18,234 nt of DNA from Octopus sinensis (GCF_006345805.1 NW_021824562.1:1-18234); one strand, 5' to 3'. Shown: positions 8,940-18,171, numbered from the stretch's first letter. The notes: generated from the sequence alone by a model not told the origin. Program-made: numbers and translations.

Positions 8940-9127
8940 ATTGCAGCGTGGAAGGTGTTTGTAAGCCATTTAAGAAACACACAAAAGCCGTTCGATTCAC
9001 TTCAACATTTAAGTTTAATTTGTCAAAATATTTTCGTCGCTTTAAGACCGCGACCTGTTCACTGACAAAAATCGAACGGCTTTTGTGTGTTTCTTAAATG
9101 GCTTATAAACACCTTCCACGCTGCAAT
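8940..9127. repeat. Fold-back: 58-bp inverted arms around a 72-bp spacer
   Basis: 8940-8997 vs 9070-9127 match 57/58; the single difference is a G-U wobble on the plus strand (8961/9106). Confidence 0.95.
9019..9069 (-). ncRNA. Candidate minimal type I hammerhead ribozyme with G3-C8 core variant
   Basis: TTTGTCA-GTGAACA-G-GTCGC-GGTCTTAAA-GCGAC-GAA-AATATT-T-TGACAAA: 7-bp stem I, 5-bp stem II, G12-A13-A14-A15.1, palindromic helix III, and core GUGAACA instead of CUGANGA. Confidence 0.6.
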
Positions 9128-9442
9128 TGTTTTCGTTTCAGCACACGATCTCAGATCAAATCACTCGCTATGCGAGTACATCTCCGTAACTTTATAATAT
9201 TGAATCATAAAAATATGATAGGAGTTTTGGGACAACGAATGACTATGACGATACCCATCCCGCGTGTAAAATAGGAATCAAAGGAGTACATAGACATAAA
9301 AGGGGTTCAGAATCACTGTACAGCATAAATTTAGGAAAAAGCTCGTATATACCTTTAGTCAGTTAGACCTCAACATTATTGTCAGCTAATTTCTCCAAAG
9401 TTTGTCTTAGGTGTTTCCCTAATTGAATGAGAAGCTCAAATA

Positions 9443-10258
9443 TATATCATTCATGACCCTTTGCATATGCAAAAGGTGTCTGCCAGATGGCTTCCCAGGT
9501 TGCTCACACCTTTCAAGAAGCAAGAACGCGTTGAGTGCTCGAGGATGAATTTGGAGATGTGCCAAGAAGACGAGTCAAAATCTTTCAAAAGACTGATTAC
9601 ATAGGATGAAACCTGGGTCCATCACTATGATCCAGAGACCAAAGCCCAGTTAATGCAATGGAAGCACCGTGACTCACCTCCTCCGAAGAAGGCAAGGGTG
9701 CAGCCCTCCGCTGGCAAGGTCATGCTCACAGTCTTCTGGGACCAGGACGGAGTAGTGATGACAGATTTCCTGGCAAAGGGTACCACAATTACAGGAGCCT
9801 ATTATGCTTCACTTTTGAGGAAATTAAGAGAAGCTATCAAAATCAAGAGGCGGGGCAAGATCAGCAAAGGCATCCTCCTCCTGCAGGACAACGCTCCGGT
9901 CCACAACTCGCGTGTCGCCAGATCAGAAGCACAGGCGTGCGGCTATGAACTCCTCCCCCATCCCCCTACTCTCCTGACCTTGCACCCTCTGATTTTCACC
10001 TCTTCCTAGCCATGAAGTTGTTTTTGCAAGGAAAGCGTTCCAGATGATGCAGCCTTGATTTCTGAAGTCACGTCGTGGTTGGAGGACCAAGCTGGGGTCT
10101 TCTACAAAAACGGTCTCCAGAGCTGCATCAAACGATGGGAGAAATGCGTAACTCTGGGTGGTACCTATGTAGAAAAAGACTAATAACTGTGCCAAGTTTC
10201 GTTGCTCTACTGCAATGGGAAGTGGGTCAGGGGCATTACTTATTGAACGCCCCTCGTA
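9443..10258 (+). mobile_element. Mariner (D34D) transposon, 5'-truncated, with defective transposase and intact right TIR
   Basis: KVSARWLPRLLT, DETWVHHYDPE (D1 at 9605), QDNAPVH (D2 at 9887) and YSPDLAPSD (D3 at 9991) give 34-aa spacing. The native stop is at 10181-10183. There is an in-frame TAG at 9602 and frameshifts near 9966 and 10040. The right end TATTGAACGCCCCTCG is followed by TA at 10257-10258. Confidence 0.95.
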
Positions 10259-10490
10259 TATGTGTATATATATGCGTGTGTGTGTGTTTGTGTTTGTCCT
10301 CCCCACAACCGATGCTCGTGTGTTTACGTCCCTGTAACTTAGTAATTTAGGAGTTCGGCAAAAGAAACCGATAGAATAAGTACTAGACTTACAAAGAATA
10401 AGTCCTGGGGTCGATTTACTCGACTAAAGGCGGTGCTCCAGCATGGCTACAGTCAAATGACTGAAACAAGTACAAGAGTAATACGAGTAA
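10259..10490 (+). mobile_element. SINE family A, internal microsatellite and 3' half
   Basis: TGTTTACGTCCC...GGCGGTGCTCCAGCATGG...GAAACAAGTA matches the tail of 15298-15709. Confidence 0.9.
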
Positions 10491-10584
10491 TGTGGATTAC
10501 GATTATACCGGAATTTAATATGGAAAAAAACTGTAGTGGTGTGGTTTATATTTGAGGTACCTGGTCTTTGTTTCCTCATATATA

Positions 10585-10800
10585 TCTCTCTCTTTTCTCT
10601 CTTTTACTTGTTTCAGTCATTTGACTGCGGCCATGCTGGAGCACCGCTTTTAATCGAACAACTCGACCCCGGGACTTATTCTTTGTAAGCCCAGTACTTA
10701 TTCTATCGGTCTCTTTTGCCGAACCGCTAATTGACTGGGACGTAAACCCACCAGCATCGGTTGTCAAGCAATGCTAGGGGGTTAAACACAGACACACACC
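10585..10800 (-). mobile_element. SINE family A, 3' half
   Basis: Matches the tail of the 6248-6698 copy in the same orientation. Confidence 0.9.
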
Positions 10801-11437
10801 TTTTATCTTTTACCTGTTTTAATCATTAGACTACGGCCATGCCGAGGCATCACCTTGAAGAATCTTTAGTATCGACATAAGGACCGTTTTTTTTTTTAAG
10901 CCTGGTACTTATTCTATCAGTCTCTTTGCCGAACCGCTAAGATACGAGGACGTAAACACACCAGCACTGTTTACCAAGCGGTGATGAGGGGGGGACACAC
11001 AGACACAAACACACACACGCACACCACACACATACACACACGCACACACACACACAAACACACACACAAACACACACACACACACACATACATACATTAC
11101 CACACACAACACACACACGCACACACACACCCACACACACGCACACACACACACAAACACACACACAAACACACACACACACACACATACATACATACAC
11201 ACACACACACACATACACATACATACATACATACATACATACATACATACATACATACATACATACATACATACATACACAACGGGATTCTATTCAGTTT
11301 CCGTCTACCAAATCCACTCAAGACACTTTATTTGGTTGACTCAAGGGTGTAATTGGAGACACGTGCCTAAGGTGGGACTGAACCCGGAACCATGTGGTTG
11401 GGAAGCAAACTTCTTACCGCACAGTCTCGCTTGCGCC
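10801..11437 (-). mobile_element. SINE family A, older full-length copy with expanded internal (CA)n/(CATA)n
   Basis: Tail 10801-11000, microsatellite ~11000-11280, and a head ending TTGCGCC at 11437 with the GGGACTGAACC B-box complement. Confidence 0.85.
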
Positions 11438-11516
11438 AGCGATACCAACATAATTGTTTTTAATATATCAGAGGTGAACTTGTTGATATGGTTGTTTGGT
11501 ATTCTATAGGCCTGTA

Positions 11517-11612
11517 AAATTTTATTCTCATAGAAAATATATTTTCCGAAATTTTAATCTCATAGAAAATATATTTTTCAAAATTTTAATCTCATAGAAA
11601 ATATATTTTTCA
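11517..11612. repeat. 32-bp minisatellite, three copies
   Basis: Unit AAATTTTAATCTCATAGAAAATATATTTTTCA; CTCATAG occurs at 11527, 11559 and 11591. Confidence 0.92.
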
Positions 11613-12084
11613 AAAATAAATATTTTAACCTACGTTATCAAAACATGACGAAATAAAGTTTAGGCGAATCAATTACCCCGCTCACCTTTCTCTGAAAGTA
11701 ATTTCCATAAAAAATTTCCGTATAATCGTAATCTGCATCTTTTGTACCTTATTTATAGATGATTTCATTGGAAAATATCCGTCTTTTAGAAAGTTATCAG
11801 GAAAGAAACCGGGGTGGGGGATGGGTCGTTTGTATGGGAATACGCAAATATTACCGACGCATTTTCTTCCATTAAAAAGAAAATTATTTCAAGGGAAACT
11901 ACTCTGTAAAAGTTATCTCCCTTGCATACGTCTCTATAAAATGGCTTCATTCATTTTTATTATTTTTATTTGAGCTCGATTAATGAGTTTACCATTTGTT
12001 TCGTTGTCAACCGATTCTACCGCCTTTTCCCTTTTAATATTATATATATGGCTGAGTATTCCATTGACTATTTTAAACTTGCAG

Positions 12085-12112
12085 TGATAGGAAAAGCCGA
12101 CATCGAAAGATC
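12085..12112 (-). pseudogene. 28-nt fragment of eukaryotic 28S rRNA domain V
   Basis: TGATAGGAAAAGCCGACATCGAAAGATC matches the recalled antisense of conserved 28S (TGATAGGAAGAGCCGACATCGAAGGATC) at 26/28; not an rRNA gene. Confidence 0.6.
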
Positions 12113-12512
12113 GAAGTCTTTTGGTGTGATACAGTGTATGTGTACGTGCGTGCTTGCACTATGTATGTAGTGTTTGCGTGCGCTCCCTCCCATATATGTG
12201 TATATGTGCTTGTGTCTGTCTGTGTGTGTCTGTCTGTCTGCCTGTATGGTCCCACCCAATTTTCGCCCTTAATCCAACGCGCAAATGTCTCACAAGACAT
12301 GGGTCAAGCCAAACCGATATGACCTTTGTCCAAATTGCCGTACAGTAAGATTGTAACCAAAACCTAGTTATTTAGAAATGAAGCCTTAACCTCATCGGCA
12401 ATATCAGCGGACCTCAGGAGGACAAATACCAGCACCACCAGCACGGTCTTCGGCCTCCACCCTACGTACAATGATCTATACCTGAGATTATGCATAACTT
12501 AGCGTTTCGGCA

Positions 12513-12708
12513 AAAAGAAACTGACAGAATAAACACAAGACTTGACAACCGCTGTTGGTTTTTGCTTTACGGTTCGGCAAAAGATATCGTTATAATAAGT
12601 ACCAGACTTTTTTAAAAAGTACAGGGATTGAATTGTTCGACTAAACACTTTGAGACGCCGTTCTAGCATGGCCGTAGTCAATGACAGCAACAAGTAAAAC
12701 ATTAAAAA
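12513..12708 (+). mobile_element. SINE family A, degenerate 3' fragments with partial duplication
   Basis: TTCGGCAAAA appears twice; TAAGTACCAGAC and CTAGCATGGCCGTAGTCAATGAC resemble the tail. Confidence 0.7.
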
Positions 12709-13200
12709 AATTATAAATAGTACCGTAAAGGAAGAGAGATTAATAAAAGAATATTATCCCAAATTTTAAAAGAATATGGCCGTCGGAATTCTTATATTTC
12801 AAGAAAATAATACCCCCACAATGCTGTACCAGTACTGATACGAACATGAGGAATATTTGGTCGGCCTGTACTTAAATCCTGTATTAAAGGGAAGTTGCCT
12901 CAGAAATAGTGGCATAGAAGAAAGAGAAAGAAAACTTTTAAAATGAGTTCGAGACAGCTTTTTGATAGTCGTACGATATGAGGCAGATAGCTTCTCCTAA
13001 AGCATTTTGTAACACGGACCCGTTCATGCAAGACAATTTTCCCACTGACCGGGAATCTAGCGCTCTTATTATTATTATCATAGCTAACTTCAGAGATTAA
13101 TTTATCGATGCTTCATAAAAAGAAAAAGAAAAAGAAACTGTAACTTAGATAGGTGGTAATTTTTCGAAATGAAGCACCAGCCAGACTGCAGTAGTCAGTG

Positions 13201-13485
13201 AACAGGTACTCCGTCGGTTCCAGATGATCTCATCAAACAGAACAGCCTGCTCATGGAATTAACGTTCAAGTGACTGAGCACTCCACAGGCACGCATAACC
13301 TTAATGTAGTTCTCAGAATGCAAGAAAGCTGGCCCTTTGAAATACAGGTACATTTTTGTCCGCTGAGGGGCCTGAAGCAACGGGAAATGAAGTGTCTTGC
13401 TCAAGAACAAAACGTGCAACCGAGAATCGAACACACAACCTTACGACTGTGAGCCGATTAACCTAACCACTAAGCCACGCGCCTT
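13201..13485 (-). mobile_element. SINE family C, tRNA-derived, with internal deletion
   Basis: Minus-strand head AAGGCGCGTGGCTTAGTGGTTAG (A box TGGCTTAGTGG) and GTTCGATTC (B box); aligns with 17741-18070. Confidence 0.88.
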
Positions 13486-13552
13486 CATGCACCACGCACC
13501 TTCATGCGATAATAAATAAAATAGAAATACATTTTTTAAATTATTCTTTCTT

Positions 13553-13600
13553 TGCGGCCCGGAACCACATGATCCACGGCCTGGTAGTAGGAGACCCCTA
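13553..13600 (+). mobile_element. Possible hAT-type right-terminal fragment
   Basis: GCGGCCCGG...CCACGGCCTGGTAGTAGGAGACCCCT resembles Charlie/Buster-type ends (GGTTGGGGACCCCTG); no partner end. Confidence 0.4.
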
Positions 13601-13699
13601 TCCTAACGAACAGCAGCTAAAATAAATACATCAACAAGGTGTTCAAACGTTAAGAGAACAACATTTCACGAGTCAGTAATGAAGTCCTTTACAAGTACT

Positions 13700-13880
13700 C
13701 ACTTCCCGTCCAATTTCCGTGCGATTTTCTCCCCTCCATACACACACAAGCATGTATCTGACTCATACATTGTTCGCTTTCCAGATATTTTTACATTACT
13801 GCATGTACTTTATATGCACTTTCTGACAAGTTGTGCTGCACCTGAGCACTGTATACAATAATTTCATTATTATTATTTAT
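13700..13880 (+). mobile_element. Probable retroposon 3' end with (ATT)n tail
   Basis: Ends GAGCACTGTATACAATAATTTCATTATTATTATT. The assignment rests on the tail form and on recalling a similar cephalopod repeat. Confidence 0.4.
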
Positions 13881-14249
13881 TACTAGACTAGCGCACCTCA
13901 GTAAAGTTGTTATGCATATGTAGGCGGTGGAGTAAGGGTGTCGGTCCACCCCAGGTTACGCTTTTATGGGGTTGGACCTGTTACGTCTGCTGTATAACCC
14001 TGTACAGGGGCCCAAACTAGCCTGGCTCAAACGGCATACATACTAATTACACCACTGTGTATGAGCAGGTCGCTTGTAAACTTTAAGATGGCTTTTTAAA
14101 ATTGTAGTCAGGAGGGAAAGTGTACCCACGACAATTTTCAAGGGCTCCGAGACTTGTAGAGAAGGAAGTAAAAGATATCCTGAAACAGGAGATCTGACCC
14201 GAATTTTTGCAATAAAGAAGGGTCCGCGAAAGGCACCAAGATAGCCAGA

Positions 14250-14656
14250 CAATGGTTTAAGTTCAAATTTTGCTACAAGGCCAGCGGTTTTAGGGGAGAG
14301 GATAAATTCATTAAATCGACCGCAGGGATCAACTGATGCTTATTTTATCGACTTCAAAAGGATGAAAGGCAAAGCCAACTTCGGCGGAATTTGAATTGAA
14401 AACGTTAAGATGGAGGAAATACCTATTTCTTTATTACCCACAAGGAGCTAAACACAGAGGGGACAAACAAGGACAGACATAGGTATTAAGTCGATTACAT
14501 CGACCCCAGTGCGTAACTGGTACTTAATTTATCGACCCCGAAAGGATGAAAGGCAAAGTCGACCTCAGCGGAATTTGAACTCAGAACGTAACGGCAGACG
14601 AAATACGGCTACGCATTTTGCCCGGCGTGCTAACAGTTCTGCCAGCTCGTTGCCTT
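14250..14656 (-). mobile_element. SINE family B, chimeric dimer (young unit 14424-14656 joined to an older unit with a different tail)
   Basis: 14424-14656 closely matches 5251-5483. 14250-14423 is a diverged body whose tail matches that of 14681-14900. Confidence 0.88.
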
Positions 14657-14680
14657 AATTAAGTTTAATATTAACAAGTA

Positions 14681-14900
14681 AAGCAGCGCGCAGGCAGAAT
14701 CATTAGCACGCCGGACGAAATGCTTACCGACATTTCGTCCGCCCTTATGTTCCCAGTTCAAATTCCGGAGAGGTCCGCTTTAGCTTTGCACTCTTTCGGG
14801 GTCGATAAAATAAGTACCAGTTGAGCAGCGGGGTCGATGTAATCGACCAAACTCTTCCTCCGAAACTGCAGGCCCTGTACCAAAATTTGAAATCAGTATT
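14681..14900 (+). mobile_element. SINE family B, diverged monomer with alternative tail
   Basis: Head AAGCAGCGCGCAGGCAGAATC, CAGTTCAAATTCC, body CTTTCGGGGTCGATAAAATAAGTACCAG, tail GGCCCTGTACCAAAATTTGAA. Confidence 0.85.
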
Positions 14901-15297
14901 AACAAATGTAGTCTTTCTTGGGTCCGTCACTCTTACTTCACGGTTACATTTTTAAGGTTATGGTTTTGCTAGAAGTAGTTACCAGCTCGCCCTTAAAACC
15001 GCACCGTACTGCATTGGAAATATGATATTATCGCCGGACGAATACCGTAGCTAATTTGGGTTTCCATGATACTCAGATCGCTATTATAATCCAATATTGT
15101 TTCTGTTGCGCATAAAGAATTTTAAAATTATATCTATTTTAGATCAGTCATGAGCAATCTGTGGCTTGAAGGGTTTTCTGAATGGCACGACTAACGAAAA
15201 ATTACCTTTTCGTTATAGTATTACCTTCTGTGTTATAGTAGTAGTGCAGCCCGCCTAATCATGAACCAAGTCCTTTTCTTATTTTTTTCTTTTTGTT

Positions 15298-15709
15298 GCT
15301 GTGTGGTAAGTAGCTTGCTAACCAACCACATGGTTCCGGGTTCAGTCCCACTGCGTGGCATCTTGGGCAAGTGTCTTCTGCTATAGCCTCGGGCCGACCA
15401 ATGCCTTGTGAGTGGATTTGGAGTACGGAAACTGAAGAAACTGTCGTATATATGTATATATAATATATATATGTATGTGCGTGTGTGTTTGTGGGTGTCT
15501 GTGTTTGTCCCCCTAGCATTGCTTGACAACCGATGCTGGTGTGTTTACGTCCCCGTCACTTAGCGGTTCGGCAAAAAGAGACCGATAGAATAAGTACTGG
15601 GCTTACAAAGGATAAGTCCCGGGGTCGATTTGCTCGACCAAAGGCGGTGCTCCAGCATGGCCGCAGTCAAATGACTGAAACAAGTAAAAGAGTAAAGAGT
15701 AAAGAGTAA
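15298..15709 (+). mobile_element. SINE family A, young near-full-length copy
   Basis: GCTGTGTGGTAAG head through GAGTAAAGAGTAAAGAGTAA tail; reverse complement of the 6248-6698 copy with few differences. Confidence 0.92.
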
Positions 15710-16240
15710 TCACTTTTTCTACCTTCATCTTCAGGATGAAGCAATAGTTTTGCTGAACTTAAAGAACGCATTCAGTCAGCAGTACAAAAGATAATTTCTG
15801 AAATGCTTCAAAATATGTTTCACAATGCGAAGATTTGAAATTTTCAGGAATATAAGCGGAACACATGTTGAAGATTTTCAATTTAAGTTTTAACGGAAGA
15901 TTAATATACTTATTTGTTTTGGTATCGTAATTAAGTAATAAGCATAAAATTCTATCAGTTTTTTTTTTTTTTTTTTTTTTCTTAATAAATTTGCCCAATA
16001 AATGGACGTTGTGCGTTTGCTTCATAGATCTTGCGACAACAAAAAAATTAACCACTCCTCACGTTTGACATTCACCAAGGGCAATAACTCTTACTGAGTT
16101 ACCTCCCATGCTTTAGGCTTCAGGCTTTATTTACATCTCTTTGAGTATGCATATACTTTAACGTCCCTTTCCTGAGAAATTCGTTGGAAGATTAAAACTC
16201 AACTTTCGTTGATTTATTCGACTCAATAAAGATTTTTTTC

Positions 16241-16470
16241 GACTGCATAGTAAGAAGATTGCTTCCCAACCACATGGTTCTGGGTTCAGTCCCACAGCAT
16301 AGTATTTTGGGCAACGAAAGCCTTCTGGGTGGATTTGACAGACGGAAACTGAAAGAATCCCGTTGTATGTGTGGGTGGGGGTGCGCGCACGTTTGTGTGT
16401 GTATCTATCTGTGTGTTTGGCGTGTATGTGTGTATATGTGTATGTGTGTGTCTGTCTGTCTGTCTGTCTA
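16241..16470 (+). mobile_element. SINE family A head half with internal deletion
   Basis: GGGTTCAGTCCCAC B box and GGATTTGACAGACGGAAACTGAAAGAA, followed by a TG tract. Confidence 0.8.
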
Positions 16471-16620
16471 TTTTAGTCGAATAAATTGAAACTTAATACT
16501 TATTCTACCAGACTCTTTTGCCGAACCGCTGCGTTATCGGGACGTAAACACATCAACACTGTTGTCAAGCGGTGGTAGTGATAGACATACACGTGCGCGT
16601 GTGCGCACACACACACACAC
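16471..16620 (-). mobile_element. SINE family A 3' fragment, opposite orientation to the adjacent head
   Basis: CTTTTGCCGAACCGCT...GGGACGTAAACAC...GTTGTCAAGCG matches the minus-orientation tails elsewhere in the window. Confidence 0.8.
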
Positions 16621-16651
16621 ACACACACACATTTATATATATATATATATC

Positions 16652-16709
<58 letters not shown>

Positions 16710-16712
<3 letters not shown>

Positions 16713-16880
16713 GTTTCGTCTGGGACCTTTGATAGCAAAACATCTACCCCTATGCCATGAAGATCCCTCAGATATTTTGGCACAGCATTAAATAGCTGTG
16801 GACCCTTGAATCCTGAGCTACTGCAGTACAGGGTCGTCATTCTAAATGGGATCACTGGAACCGTTGAGACAGTGCAGTTC
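16710..16880 (-). pseudogene. CR1-group LINE ORF2 C-terminal fragment
   Basis: Minus strand gives LYCSSSGFKGPQLFNAVPKYLRDLHGIGVDV-LLSKVPDE, fitting the GP.LFN.LP..LR...F(K..LD)..L..VPD pattern of CR1-group C-termini with a short deletion. Confidence 0.7.
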
Positions 16881-16889
16881 GGGAGTTAT

Positions 16890-17429
16890 GTATGTATCTT
16901 TATATGCATGTATTCGCACTTACATGTTTGTATACATACATACATACATACATACATACATACATACATACATACATACATACATACATACATGCATTCA
17001 TACTTATATACATACGTACATACATACATATATGCATTCATACATACATACATGCATGCATGCATACATACATACATACATACATACATACATACATACA
17101 TACATACATACATACATACATACATACATGCATGCATGCATACATACACACATACATACATACGGACATGCTTACATACATGCATATATACGGACATACA
17201 TACATATATATGTATTGCATATGTGTATATATATATATGTATATCTTTGCATGTAGCTGTATATGATCTTTAATGTTTGACCTTTAAGTTTGACCTTTCT
17301 TCAACCTACTTGGAATTGCGATGTTCCAAAATGCGATTATGTAAGTGTGTGTGTGTATTGTGTGTGTTTTGTGTGTGTCTGTATATCCATTTATGCATGT
17401 ATGTATGCATATGTATCTCTCTGTCTGCA

Positions 17430-17470
<41 letters not shown>

Positions 17471-17740
17471 TGTGTAGATATGTATGCATCTTTGTATCTA
17501 TAAATGTATGCGTGACTAAGGTGCTTGTATGTATGAAAGTATGTGCACTTGTATATACGCATATGTGTATGTATATAAATATGCGTGTATATTAGTATGA
17601 ATATGTGAGTATGCATACAAATATAACTTGTAACCGATATGTGTATGTTTTCTATGTGCTTGTCCATTAGTAGTGTGTGTGTGTGGTGTGTGTGTGTGTG
17701 TGTGTGTGTGTGTTGTGTATTGTGTGTGTGTGTGTGTGTA
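16890..17740. repeat. Compound microsatellite block, (CATA)n then (TG)n-rich
   Basis: Direct reading. Confidence 0.93.
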
Positions 17741-18070
17741 AAACTGGTACTCCGTCGGTTGCGACGACGAGTGTTCCAGTTGATCGGATCAACGGAACAG
17801 CTGTTCGTGAAATTAACGTGCAAGTGGCCGCTGGGCACTCCATGTATACGCGTACCTCTAAGCGTACCCTCGGGCAGATTCGGCATGGCGCAGAATGTAA
17901 CAAGGCTGGCCCTTTGAAATATAGAGGCACAACTCTATTTTTTCCAACTGAGTGGACTGGAGCAACTTGAAATGAAGTGTCTTGCTCAAAGACACGACCC
18001 GCCGCCGGGACTCGAAGTCACGACTTTATGATCGTGAGCTAAAAGGCCTAACCATTCATACACGCGCCTT
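17741..18070 (-). mobile_element. SINE family C, full-length
   Basis: Head AAGGCGCGT...TGGTTAGG and B-box-like CTTCGAGTCC; body aligns with 13201-13485. Confidence 0.88.
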
Positions 18071-18134
18071 CACAAACACACACACACACACACACATGCA
18101 TATATACACATATTTGTGTGGGTGTGGGTGCGTG

Positions 18135-18171
<37 letters not shown>

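Noticed and set aside
12271-12293. AATCCAACGC and TGTCTCAC, similar to 28S segments adjacent to the 12085 fragment
   Set aside because: Only 8-10 nt each and in the wrong order relative to 28S; compatible with chance.
12370-12490. GC-richer stretch with a short minus-strand open frame containing a hydrophobic run (VLVVLVFVLL)
   Set aside because: About 40 codons, with no recognisable homology and no convincing splice sites.
13195-13207. 13-nt match (GTCAGTGAACAGG) to the reverse complement of the hammerhead candidate
   Set aside because: 13-mer matches are expected by chance in 18 kb, and part of it is the SINE C tail.
13410-13485. tRNA-like sequences with A and B boxes (also ~5400-5483, ~6630-6698, ~15298-15350, ~17995-18070)
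   Set aside because: They are SINE heads continuing into shared SINE bodies; I could not form a complete cloverleaf with an acceptor stem.
8802-13600. Two hAT-like ends possibly bounding one 4.8-kb element
   Set aside because: The termini are not mutual inverted repeats beyond the generic consensus, there is no 8-bp TSD, and no hAT transposase lies between them.
13899-14057. Possible MITE with right end CTAATTACACCACTG and internal GGGGCCC
   Set aside because: The left end matches only 9/15 and there is no TSD; too weak to call.
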